From Elsinoe ampelina (Eukaryota), in contig ML992502.1 in assembly GCA_010093995.1 (NCBI GenBank), forward strand, positions 444,760 to 508,759: a DNA stretch of 64,000 bases, read 5' to 3'. Positions 51,676-64,000 of this stretch are shown here, one piece after another; within the stretch, counting starts at the first letter, position 1, and each line of letters starts with the position of its first letter. The notes beneath the pieces were generated by a model. It had not been told where the DNA came from. It saw only the letters and a list, made by a program, of their open reading frames with translations, and ran no database searches. Position numbers and translations under genes: made by a program.

Positions 51676-54600
51676 TATAAGGACCGATGTAGTAAGTACG
51701 CTATACTAGCTTACCCTAGAGATACTATTCTCCGTAGGAGAATAAAACACTCCTTACCTATAGAATAGATAGAGTAGAGATTAGTCTTACGACAATCGAG
51801 AGTATACTAGTATAACACCTGTTCTACTTCTATATACTTGTCTTTCTAGCTCTAATATCCTACCTTCGTTATAATTCTAATCTCTCTTATATCCTATCGG
51901 ATAGAGCTATATAGATAAGATAGTACCCTATACTTAGCGCTAGTAAAACGACTAACTACTACTAGAGTAGCACTAGTATAGATAACTCTCTAATAGCTTA
52001 GCTATTAGCGAGACATTTACTAAATTAGCTATAACTCTAGAGATAACTCCTATTAAAGATCGCTAGGCCGGGGAAGAGCTAGCGCTAAGACTATACTACG
52101 CTAATATAGCTCCTATAGGAAGTATAGCCGACACGGGAAATAATGCTATATACGAAGTACTTCTTGCTTATATCGCTTAGCTCGAGAATATACTTAGTAG
52201 TTACTCTCTAGTTATAGCGCCGGTACTACGTAGTTGTTTTAATAATATATAACTTAATAATATCTACCTAATAAACCTACAAATCGTAAGAGAGTATATA
52301 CTAAACTTACGCTACTCTAAGGCCTTAGAGTCTACTATTATAGTAAGAGTTAAGGAATTTATATATACGTGTAATAATGTCTTTAAGATAGTGTCGAACA
52401 TCTACTTTAAAGAAGTTACTTAGTACTATATAGCTACTAGCTACTTAAAAGGTTAGCTTAGCTATAATTAGGACTTATATACTAAGAGCGCTAGTATTAT
52501 ACCCTTATAGAGCCTAATATAGTTCTAGCTTTAGGACTAAGCCTAGAGTTCTAAAAACTATAGTAATAGCTACGTAGTAAGGTTCTTTACGTTACGCTAG
52601 TGTAGAGAATAGTTAATTACTAATTTCTATACGTTCCTCGATAGTTATAAGTTTTATATTAAGATAGCGCTACTCTTAGACAACGCCTACTATATATAGC
52701 TTATTACCTATACTACGCTAGAGCTACGCTTAGAAGTACTCTATTAGGGGAACCTACCCCTAATTAAGGCAGAACTCCTAGTATATCTATCCCGTTTAGA
52801 GTAGAACCTACTAGGCTACTTTAACTCTATATAGGGGTAGTATAAGTATAATACTAGAGAGAAGACTAATACTTTTACTAAAAGGCCTCGCTATAACGAA
52901 GACTATAAGGGCTAAAAGGACTAGTAGAGTAGCGCTAACGCTACCCCTATAGCTTCTCGATCTAGCGCTACTTACTCTTATAACATCTATAAGAGCCTAG
53001 ACTATTAGGCGCTAAACTGTCTCTAGAAGGACTCTTTAAAACGGATAGTATCCTTACGTTTACTAATCCTAAGTAGCTCTAGTATAACGTAGGATATACG
53101 CTAAATTCGCACCGATGTTATAGTTAACCTACCTAAAGGCTCTATCGAAGAGGTAGCTCTAATAGATAGTAGCGCTAATAGTAACTTTATTAGCTAGTAT
53201 TTTGCTATATGCTATTATATCGCTATTGACCCCTTAGTAGTATACTAAGTATATAGCTTAGACAAATACGAATTAACTACCTATAGATATACCGAGTTAG
53301 CCTTTACTATTAAGGATAGTAAAGAAATAACATAGGCGTTACACTAGCAATTTAAAAGCGTTAATATAACTAGTTACAATCTTGTATTAGGCCTACTATA
53401 GCTATTATCCTATAACTCTAAGATTTAGTAGAGCGCTAGTATATAGAGGTATTATACTAGCGCTATATAGATATTAATCCTAGATATACTCTCCTTCTCC
53501 TAGGAGCTAAATTAGCCTAACGCCTAGCTCTACCTAGTATATATATACCGGGATAAACCTAGCGCCCTAACTCTACTATACTAGCTTAATAACTATATAG
53601 ATGTTTTTAATAAGAGCGTAGTAATAGCGCTACTAGGTAACGATTTTACTTACTCTATTAATATTAAAGAGGGGAAATAGCTACTCTAGGGACCTATCTA
53701 CTCCCTTAGTAAGAAGGAGCTTTAGGTACTTCGAGAGTATATAGATAATAGCTTAGCGACGATGTAACTCTAGTATAGTACTAGCTCTATAGAGTCTTCT
53801 ATTCTATTCGTTTCTAAGAAGGATAGTTCGCTACGTCTATATATTAACTATTATAGGCTAAATAATATTACTATTAAGAACTATTACCTCTTACCTCTAA
53901 TTACTAAGATACTTAATTACATCGAGGGCGTATGCTTATTTAGTAAGCTAGACCTTATAGATGCCTACTATAGAGTATACATCTAGTATAGTAATAAATA
54001 AAAGATAGCGTTCTACTATTACTATAGCTACTTTAAATATACCGTTATACCTTTTAGCCTTACTAACGCTCTAGCTACGTTCTAGGCTTATATATATTAG
54101 TACTTAAGTAGCTTAGTAGATTACTACTATATTATATACCTAGACAATATTCTAATCTACGCCGGCGACAAGTAAGAGTATCGCTAGGCTATTAGAAGCG
54201 TACTAGACCGCCTATATAAGAATAGCCTCTATATAAAACTAAAGAAGTATATCTTTAAGGTAATATAGATAGTATTTCTAAGCTATGTTATTAGTAGTAA
54301 TAGCGTCGCGATAGAGTAGCTCTAGGTATAAGCTATTACTAACTAGCCTACCTCTACTAGCCTTAAGGAGTTATAAACCTTTCTTAGATTTGCTAATTTC
54401 TACTATTAATTTATTAAGGGCTTCTCCTACGTAGCGCTACTACTAACTACACTTATATAAGAGTTAGTCTAAAGGAAGTAAGTAGGCCTATTTCTATAGA
54501 GTAATAACGTAGCGTAGGCCTTTAATAAGCTTAAAGTCGCCTTTATATAAGCGCCTATACTATACTACTTTTTATTAGGTAAGCCTCTCTAGCTCGAGAC

Positions 54601-57600
54601 TAACGCTTTAGATTTTATACTCTCCGGAGTAATCTTCTAGTAAAATAAAGACAATACTCCTACGCGACACTAGTACTCTATAGCGTTCTAGTCCCGGAAG
54701 CTATAAGGTATAGAACTAAACTATACTACCTACGATAAAGAGCTTCTCGCTATTATAGAAGCGGCATAGTACTAGCGCTAGTACCTACTTAGTACTACTA
54801 CCTCGATTAAAGTCCTCTCTAACTATAATAACCTTAGCTATTTCCTAACTACTAAGAAGCTTTTATAGCGCTAGGCCTGCTATACCGAGGTACTAGCGTA
54901 GTTTAATATTGTTATCTAGTACTATAGTAAAAAGACTAACCTAGCTAATAGTCTATTACGTAGGCCTAACTACTATAAGTATAAAGAAGATATATAGAAA
55001 GAGCGCTATATATTAGTCTCTCTCTTAGAGTAAGTATTATAAACGTAAAGCAAAGGAGTTATACCTATATCTATTATAGATAAGGAACCTAAGGCTAGTA
55101 AGGCCTAGGAAGATAGTAATAAAGCTAGTATAGCTTATATACCTTAAACTACTCTCTAATATAACACGCTTATATAATTCTAGCGTGCCCCTAGAATAGC
55201 GCCTATAAGTCTACCTATTACCTTAGGAGCGCTATAGCTATACTAAGAAGAGTTAGAGCCTCTAGAGTAAGAAGAGTAGCGCCTAGAAAGTACTTATATA
55301 AATCTCTCTCTAAGCCTAACTAGTAATGTTAAATTAGAACAATATACGCCTACTCTAGTATTCTAGGACGTACCGCTACTTACCTAGGAAATAATAGAGA
55401 GCTAAGGGCATAAAGATAGTATAACACCTACGTAACTCTAGGACACTTCTAGTAGAAAGCCTGCTATAATTTTAAACTAGAGTTAGTAGATTACGCATCT
55501 CTATGCCGTATAAGTACTAGTAGATAAGACTATATATATCTCTTCTACTCCTATATTACTTTAGGACCTTATCTACGTAGTATAGTAAAGAGACGCCTTT
55601 ACTTATAGTAAGAAATAGAAACTTCTAAAAGAGAGAACCTTAACTAGTAATAGTACTACTCCTAAGTAGAGCCTATCTAGTAATAGTTTACTCTAGAACG
55701 GAGATAGAGTATATATCCTAGAAGAAACTACCTTAAGAGTAGAGCTTATATAGCGTAATTATAATAACTCCTTAGGGAGTTACTTTAGCTATATAAAGAC
55801 CTACCTTAATATAAGGAGGAAGTACTAGTAGCTAGGTATATCCGTCGCTACGAAAGTGTATATCGAGCGCTACGATAGCTACTAAAGATATAAGGTAATA
55901 TAGTATAAGCCTTATAGCCTCCTATAACCCTTACTAATCCTACCTATACTCGAGGCCTTATAACACTAGTCGCTTAATTTTATTACTAGCTTACCCCCGG
56001 TAGAGCTCCGGCCCGGCGTTATTATAGACACAATTGTCGTATATGTCTATTACTTATCTAAGTTTAGTATCTATACACTAACGTCGACTAAGCTTAATAC
56101 TAGGGACTTTACTAATCTATTTAAAATAGACATTATAACGTTATTTAGAACGCTAAAGACACTAGTCTTAGATAGAGAGTCTATCTTTATAAGCAAATTC
56201 TAGAGTATGCTATACTAGCGCTAGAAGGTATAACGTAAGCTTAGTACTAGTTTCTATCTATAGATAGATAGCTAAACTAAAAGGCAAAACTAGACGCTAG
56301 AGTAGTACCTACGCTACTTTATTAACTATTACTAGACGGACTAGCTATACTAGGTTAAGTAGGCGCAATTCGTGTATAATAATATATATTAAGTATTACT
56401 ATACGCTACGCTAGCATAGTTCTTATTTATATAGGAGATACGCCTACTTAATAATATTAAGGCACTAGCGCTACCTAGCTATACGCTAGCGTATAACCTA
56501 TTAGTTAATAACTAAGTGTAATTTATTACTAAAACGCATATAGAGCTTACCTAATATCTACGTAAAGCATAGGAAGACTAAGCGCTAGCCTATAATAGAG
56601 ATTAATAAGCAAAAGTCTTCTATAATAGCGACGAGGTTATACTTAGTACTAAGAACCTTCGTAGCACTAGACCTAGCTATAAGCTATTAGCTAAGTATAT
56701 TAGCCCGTTTATAATTGTATAACGAATTAGTATATAGGTATATAAGCTATACTTACTAGACAAAATAAAGCTAATCTATAACGTCTTTAACATTACACTA
56801 CTAGAGCTATATAGGCGTAGTAAGGGCATACGCCTACTACCCCTAGAGGTAGAAGAGTAGGAAGAATACATTATTAAACATATCCTTAGTAAGGGCTATA
56901 CTAGTACCTTAAAGGCGCTATACTACCTAGTAAAGTAGTAGAGTTACCTTATAGAAGAAAGTATATAGGAGCTAGTAAAAAACCTTATAAACGCTAAGGA
57001 ATTACTATATAAATATAAGGCAGCTTAGCGTAAGTATAGCGCTAGCTAAACACTCTAGATATACTTAGGATTAATAAGTTAAAGGTATAAATTTTAAAGT
57101 AAAAAGCACCTAGGCATAGCGCTAAGTTAGCTTAGAGTATTATTAGCTTATATAGGGAGAACGCTAGCGTAGTAAAAACTATAGAATTATACTAAAGCAA
57201 AGATAGTATAGTATAGGTATAGCGCCCTAGCCCCCTCTACCTTAACTATCTATATTATCTACCTTAGTCTTATCCTTATTATTCTCCTTAACACTATTAA
57301 TACGCTTAGTTAGCGCCCTTATAGCGTCGTTAATTACCTATATAGTAGTAGCTTACTTATTCTTAGTAACTACCTATAAGGAAGTTAGCGTAGCTTAGGC
57401 GTTATAGGGGCGTACTTCTAGACTTATATAATTAGCTAAAGCCTTAAGTATAAAGCTAGTATTACTAATTATACCTAGGCGTAGCGCCTTTACTAGCTAC
57501 TTAGTGTTAACTTTAGGGGCAAAGAGTGTAGTAATAGTACTATTATAGCATAAAGAAGTTATACTATTACTATTACTCTTATTAACTACCTTACCCTTGC

Positions 57601-58967
57601 CCTTAGCGTTAGACTTGCTCTATATATGCTTAGCGCTAGCCTTCTCGCGTATATAGTTAGTATAGATAGTAATCCGGCGCTTTAGGAGAATAATATTCTT
57701 CTTAGAAGTAGTAGTATCGTTATAGAGTAGTATACGTATAGCGAAGTATTTATTCTAGAGCTTCTTAGTAGTAACTTAATCCTTAGAGTCGAGCTTAGTA
57801 GGCTACTAAGGTTAGTATAAAGTAGGCGTAGCGTAGGTATAGAGTATACCTAGTAGTAGTATTTATTACTATAACTATAACAATTATAGTAGGTAGCCTT
57901 AGCCTTAGTAATCTAGTAGAGGGGATCCTTAATAGAGAGTATATCGTCTTCGAGCTAGAGGTACTTATTAATAGCAATAGCGTAGCGTAAGTATAGTATA
58001 GAGTACTAGTTCTAGTTAGTAAAATCGCTCTTATAAGGTCTATAAAAGGTTAGCGCTAGCGTAGTATAAGTGCTATATATAATACTTACTCCTTAGGAAC
58101 TTTAGGAGCTATAGTTATTAAAGTGTATAAGTATATAGGAGGTAAGCTAGTATAGAGCTAAGATAATAAAGGAAAAAAAAATTACTACGTAGGTACTACG
58201 CTAGGTTAGTAAACAAATAACTAAATAGATAAGCCCGATAGCTAGATCTATAGTAGCGTAGGCTTAGTATATATACTAAGCCTCCCCTACTAGCTCTTAG
58301 GCTAGTAAGACCTAGTCTATACTATATAGCACCTAAAATAGGTTACTAGTATAGTATTAGACCTACGTAAGTATAGAGCTAGTATTAAGTAAGATACTTA
58401 TATAAAGGAAGTATTATAAAGGAGAAAAGAAGGAGAGAAGAAGAAGAGAAAGATATATATCTAGCTCTAAGCTAAGACTAATCTAGAGAATAATAGGTAG
58501 TAGTATATAATAATAGGTAGATTCTTATATATAAAGATAATAATATAAGAGCGCTATATTCTATATATAAAGAATTATACTATTATTACTATATTCGGCA
58601 TACAAAGAATAGTATAGGCTACTATAGGCGCGCTATACGCGCGAAGAGTACGCTACGTCTAAGAGGCACTAGTAAGACGCTCTTTTCTAGTTTTCTTCTA
58701 TACTAGGTTTTCTAGGTTTTATCGAGGCTTATAGGTGTAAGAGTACGCCCCTTAAAGGAGAGGAATAATTATAAGAACTAATGTAGTAAGTACGCTACGC
58801 TAGCTTACCCTAGAGATACTATTCTCTATAGAAGAATAAAACACTTCTTGCCTATAGAATAGATAGAGTAGAGATTAGTCTTATAACAATCGAGGGTACA
58901 CTAGTATAACACCTGTTCTACTCCTATACACTTATCTTTCTAGCTCTAATATTCTACCTTTGTTATA
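51676..58967 (+). mobile_element. Gypsy family C copy C2, full length (7292 bp)
   Basis: 198-bp LTRs at 51676-51873 and 58770-58967. Exact 5-bp TSD aaact at 51671-51675 and 58968-58972. PPT aaaggagaggaa. Gag, pol and chromodomain to ~57030, then a ~1.7-kb extra 3' region. Confidence 0.96.
57242..58112 (-). pseudogene. Antisense three-exon Cys6 gene relic in the 3' region of Gypsy C2
   Basis: De-RIP MAPKVPKE / ...PCLRCAIAINK..(x21 in total)-C-x8-CHNC-x6-C / long exon ending in an acidic tail and TAA at 57242. Two GT...CTAAC...TAG introns at ~58040-58089 and ~57803-57849. Confidence 0.65.
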
Positions 58968-61682
58968 AAACTAGTCTTCTATAGTACTTAGTTAATATAT
59001 AAGTTCTCCTACGTACCTACCTACGTAAGTAACACTAAATAAGAAGAACTAACTATTACCTTTATTAGCGCTACTACTTTTATATTAGTAGCTCGATACT
59101 AAGAGAATAAGGTGTTTATAATCTTAGTAAAGGACATTAAGGATTACTACTAGATAGTCTCTAAGCTAGAGCTAGACTCTATAGTAGTTCTTCTAGAGAA
59201 GCTATATAAATTTGCTAATGTCTTCTCTAAAGAGTAATCTAACATACTCCCTCTATATTAACTAGATTTTAATAACTATATTACTCTTAAAGATAGTGCT
59301 AAATTACTACGTATAGAGCCTTTATACTACCTATCCTCTAAGGAGCTTAATATAGTAGAATAGTTTATCTATAAGTACCTTAATAAAGACTTTATTATAC
59401 TAAGCTTAGCTAGCTATTCCTTACTTATTCTCTTCGTTTGTAAGCTAGGTAGAGGGCTCTACCTCTACGTTAATTACTATAGTCTTAACGAGGTAACTAA
59501 GTAAGATATTTATCTACTACCCCTTATCGAGGAAATACTTATACGCGTAAGTAAGGCTAAATAGTTTAGCAAGATTAATATCTATTAAGCCTTCTACTAC
59601 CTCTATAACTCTACCGATAGTAAGGACCTTACTACGTTCTCTACGCGTATAAGTAACTTTAAGTAGTTAGTAATACTATTTAGTCTTACTAACGCCTCTA
59701 TAGTATAGTAGAGGTTTATAAATTACAACTTCGTCGATATACTAGAGCGCTTCGTGTTAATCTATCTTAATAATATTCTTATTTACACCGACGGCACTTA
59801 TAGAGAGTATACTAAGTATATTAAGCTAGTACTCTAGTAGCTCTATAAATTAGGCCTAAATGCTAATATTAAAAAGAGTAAGTTCTACCTAATAGAAGTA
59901 AAGTATCTTAGTATTATTATTAGCTAAGATAAAGTTAAAATAGATCCTAAGAAGGTAGAAGCTATATAGGTATAGAAATAGCTAGCCTCTAGTAACACTA
60001 CTTAAGTAAGAAGCTTTATTAGTTTCTATAGCTACTATTACTGCTTTATTAAGGGATTTAGCACTATTACTAAGCTACTAAACGATCTACTTAAGAAGGA
60101 CACTACGCTATAGAACAATAAATACACTACTATATTTAACTATATAAAGTATACTATTATAAGTGTATCTACCCTTATATACTTTAATTACTTAAAGTAG
60201 ATAGTTCTCGAGACTAACGCTTCTAATACTACTACCGCTAGAATTCTATCGTAGTATAATAAGTCTAACGTTCTCCGGCCTATAGCCTTTTTTAGTAAGT
60301 CTATAAATAAAGCCGAATATAACTACGCTATCTACGACAAGGAGCTACTAGCTATCGTCTAAGCCTTCGAGAAATAGGCCTCTAAGCTTATAAGTACTTA
60401 ATCTAATAAGGCTATCTACGTTCTTACTAACTACTAGTCCCTAATACACTTTATAAAGATATAAAAGCTATTACGCTACTAGGTATACTAGGCCCTCTAC
60501 CTTACATAGTTTAACTTTAAGATTATATATAGGCCTAGTGCCGTAAATAGTAAAGCTAACGTACTTACGAGAAGGAATAGAGACGTACTATACTTAAAGG
60601 AAGACTCTAACCTTTACTAGACGCTATTACCTAATAAGGTGCTTAACTAGTATATTATTAACGAACTAAATCTAGGTCGTATCTAAACTAGATTACTAGC
60701 TTAAGCTAAACTAACACCTAGTTCGGTAACTAGTTCGTTACCTATATTACTAACTAGTTCGGCTACTAAACTAAAGTCTAGTTCGTAAACTAGTTCGCTA
60801 CCTAGCTTACTACCTAATTTACCTCCTATTTTGCTACCTATATTAATGCCTATTTTAGCTACCGAACTAGGTATCTATATAGTACCTATCTTAGCTATAG
60901 AAGAACCTTTACCCCTTTTTAATAAGGTAGCTAAGGCTAACTTACGAGACACTAAGTTTAAATTAGCTTAAGGCATCTACTATATAATAGGAGCCTTCCT
61001 AAAGTAGAAATAGCTACTACTAACTAATATTACTATTAGTAAAGAGATATCATAGGTTACTAGTTAGCTGTTTATACTACGATCGATAGCTATAAAGGTT
61101 ATCTAAGAAGTTTATGCCTTAAAGAACTATATATATACTAGAGCTACTAAAACGGCTACTATAATTAAGACTACCTTCTATATCCCGAGTTATAATAATA
61201 ATGTTAAGAGGTTCGTCGCTAACTACTATAACTATAAGCGTTTAAAGGCTTACTATAGCTTACTAGCTAGCCTCCTATTACTATTGCCTATTCCGGAAAG
61301 GCCCTAGTAATATATTACTATAGACTTTATTACTAGCTTACCCTTAGTAGATAGCTATAACGTAGTACTCTATATCGTCGACTGCCTATCTAAGAAATAG
61401 CACTTAATTCTATACTTCTCTAGAGAAGGTAGTACTTTAGCGTTTAAGACTACTAAGCTATTATTCTTCTACGTGTAGAAACTATATAGTCTACTAAATA
61501 GTATTACCTTAGATTATAGCTCTTAGTTCGTTAGCGACGTATAGAAGAGGCTCTACTAAATCCTAAAGATTACTACTAAACTATCTACTATAGGGCATCT
61601 ATAAATAGATAGCTAATTAGAGGTTATAAATTGCAAGTTTAAGCAAGTTATCTATTTATACGCTATATGCTTTAGTAATTAG

Positions 61683-64000
61683 TAATTACGACTAGTAAGA
61701 CAAGAGGTTAATTACGTCTATTTATTAAGATATTAAGACTTAGAAGAAGAATAAGAAAAGCTAGTATATAAAGCACGCGTAATATCGAAAGCAAAGCGGC
61801 CGGAAGCCTAGGCTACAATGCCGAGATTACATAACTAATCTAAACTAGATCCTAACTAAATCTAGTTCGTATCTATCTTACATTACTACTTCCTCTCTTA
61901 AGCGCGTTTACTCTTAAACGCTATTATACATTATTTATTAATCTATTTCGGCCTTAGCTTATCTATATAAGAGTCTAGATAGTCGCGTAGCACGTCGGCT
62001 ACTCCTTTAAGGTTGTTAATTAGCTACTAAGTAAGATTCTCTAGATAGCTCTTCTAGCTTATACGAGTAACTAGCTTCCCTTGTAGTATATATACGTTAA
62101 TTACGTCGTCTACCTTATACTCTTCCTTACTGTCGATCTCTACCGGAGGTAGTTCCTTAAAGGCTTAGCCTAGTAGGGGGTTATTCGGGTACTTAGTAAG
62201 GAGGTCGGCGTAGAATATAGAGTAAATCCTTTATAGAGTAGCTAGTAGATTAAGCTTATACACTAACGGCAACTGTTTTTCGAGGATCTTATAAGGACCG
62301 ATATGCTTTAGTAGTAGCTTCGGATTGCCTTATAGCCGAAGGTTTTTCGTTAATAACTACACTAAATCGCTAGCTTCGAACTCTATTAGCTAGCGGTGTT
62401 TATTAGCTTACTCTACTATTCGTGACTAAGCAATAGTAAGGTTAGCTTTAGTAATAGTAAGGGCTTCTTCTAGTTATTTAGTAAGCGCGCGAATTTTAGC
62501 CTTATTAAGCTTAGCTCTTGTTAATAGTAAGTCGGTAAGGGGCTAGAAGCTTATTCTTAGCTTATATCCTCTAGTTACCTTAAATAGCGATAGCTTAGTA
62601 CTTTCCGAGGGGTTAGCGTTTATAGAGAACTCTATAACTAGTAGAATAAGAGTCTAATTACTAAACTATGTTATATAGGATCGAATAACTCGTTTAAACT
62701 CTCGGTTTATAACTTTTAATTAGCCGTCTATTTAAGGGTAGCCGGCGGTAGATAGCTTAGCTATAATCTTTAGGATCTAGTAGAGCCTCTTCTATACGTC
62801 ACTAACGAACTAAGGGCTATAGTTAGAGGTGATACTATCTAGTAGGCTATATAATTTCTACACGTAGAAGAATAATAGCTTAGCTGTCTTAAACGTAGAG
62901 GTTTCTCCTTCTCCCTAGAGGTAAGGGATTAAGTGTCGCTCCTTAGATAAGCAATCGACAATATATAGTACTACGTTATAGCTATCTACTAGGGGTAGAC
63001 TAGTAACGAAGTCTATAGTAATGTGTTACTAAGGTTTCACCGGAATAGGCAATAGCGATAGAAGGCTAGCTAGTAAGCTATAGTAAGCCTTTAAGCGCTT
63101 ATAGTTGTAATAGTTAGCTACGAACCTCTTAATAAAGTTATTATAGCTCGGGATATAAAAGGTAGTCTTAATTATAGTAGCCGTTTTAGTAGCTCCTCTA
63201 TGTATATAGTCCTTCGATATATAGACTTCTTAGATAACCTTTACGGCTATTAACTACGGCACGAATAGTCGGCTAGCGACCTATAACACCCCTTTATTAA
63301 TAGTAACATCGCTCGACAGTAGCTATTTCCTCTTTAGGAAGGCCTCTATTATATAGTAGATACCTCTAACTGTTTCGCACTTAGCGTCTTATAAGTTAGC
63401 TTTAGCTACTTCTTCGAAAAGGGGTAAAGGTTCTTCCGCGGCTAAGATAGGTACTACGTAGATACCTAGTTCAGCAGCCGAAATAGACGCCGATACAGGT
63501 AGCGAAATAGGAGGCAAAATCGGTAGTAAACTAGATAGCGAACTAGTCCGCGAACTAGATACTAAACTAGATCTTAGTTCGGCTTAGATTAGTAATCTAG
63601 TTCGGATACGACCTAGATTTAGTTCGTCGATAATGCGCTAATCTAGCACCTTGTGTAGTAGTAGCGTCTAGCGTAGATTAGAGTCTTCTCTCGAATATAG
63701 TACGTTTCTATTCCTCCTCGTAAGTGCGTCGGCCTTACTATTAGCAGCGCTAGGCCTATATATAATCTTAAAGTTAAACTACGCGAGGTAGAGGGCCTAA
63801 TATACTTAGCGGCGTAATAGCTTCTAAGTCTTTATAAAGTGTATCAAGGATTAGTAGTCGGTAAGGACGTAGATAGCCTTATCGGATTAAGTACTTATAA
63901 GCTTAGAGGCCTATTCCTCGAAGGCTTAGACAATTGCTAGTAGTTCCTTGTCGTAGATAGCGTAGTTACGTTCGGCTTTATTTATAGATTTACTAAAAAA
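61683..64000 (-). mobile_element. Gypsy family B copy B5 (3' LTR, chromodomain, integrase, RNase H; runs off the window)
   Basis: Inverted LTR at 61683-61885 followed by reverse-complement B pol. Visibly more GC is retained than in the other copies. Confidence 0.93.

Larger units (their letters stand above)
49069..61682 (+). mobile_element. Gypsy family B copy B4 (hosts C2; interrupted by B5)
   Basis: 5' LTR 49069-49271. B sequence stops at 51675, resumes after 58967, and stops again in the integrase at 61682. Confidence 0.93.
960..64000. other. RIP-degenerated, AT-rich transposon block with no intact host genes
   Basis: Pervasive tag/taa/cta/tta with scarce ca/tg. Repeat copies differ mostly by C>T/G>A transitions. 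Conserved TE motifs are recovered by reversing these changes (e.g. TAG TAG AAA for WWK). Confidence 0.96.

Noticed and set aside
57795..57977. 60-aa ORF
   Set aside because: Off-frame reading across an exon and intron of the antisense Cys6 relic.
960..64000. Organellar DNA or an alternative genetic code (TAG/TAA read-through) explaining the stops
   Set aside because: Stops replace both Trp and Gln codons and vary between copies as transitions, which is the RIP pattern.

Overview
This looks like filamentous ascomycete (Pezizomycotina-type) genomic DNA. About 0.96 kb of normal-GC unique sequence is followed by about 63 kb of AT-rich DNA with a strong repeat-induced point mutation (RIP) signature (TpA excess, CpA/TpG loss, no long ORFs). 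The block resolves into nested transposon relics, many with readable LTRs, TIRs and target-site duplications. There are three Gypsy/chromovirus families (A x1, B x5, C x2), one Copia element, two diverged hAT DNA transposons, and a palindromic hAT-type MITE inserted into a copy of itself. The main result comes from reversing RIP by eye: both hAT elements carry the same four-gene set. The set is a transposase, a two-intron histone H3-like gene (no K9/K27 ARKS motifs, several CenH3-like traits), a conserved unknown gene transcribed divergently from it, and a small Cys6 (Zn-cluster-like) gene. A similar spliced Cys6 gene lies antisense in the 3' region of Gypsy families A and C. All protein readings are manual de-RIP reconstructions; no searches or alignments were run. 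Pseudogene boundaries are approximate, while TSD-defined element ends are read to the base.
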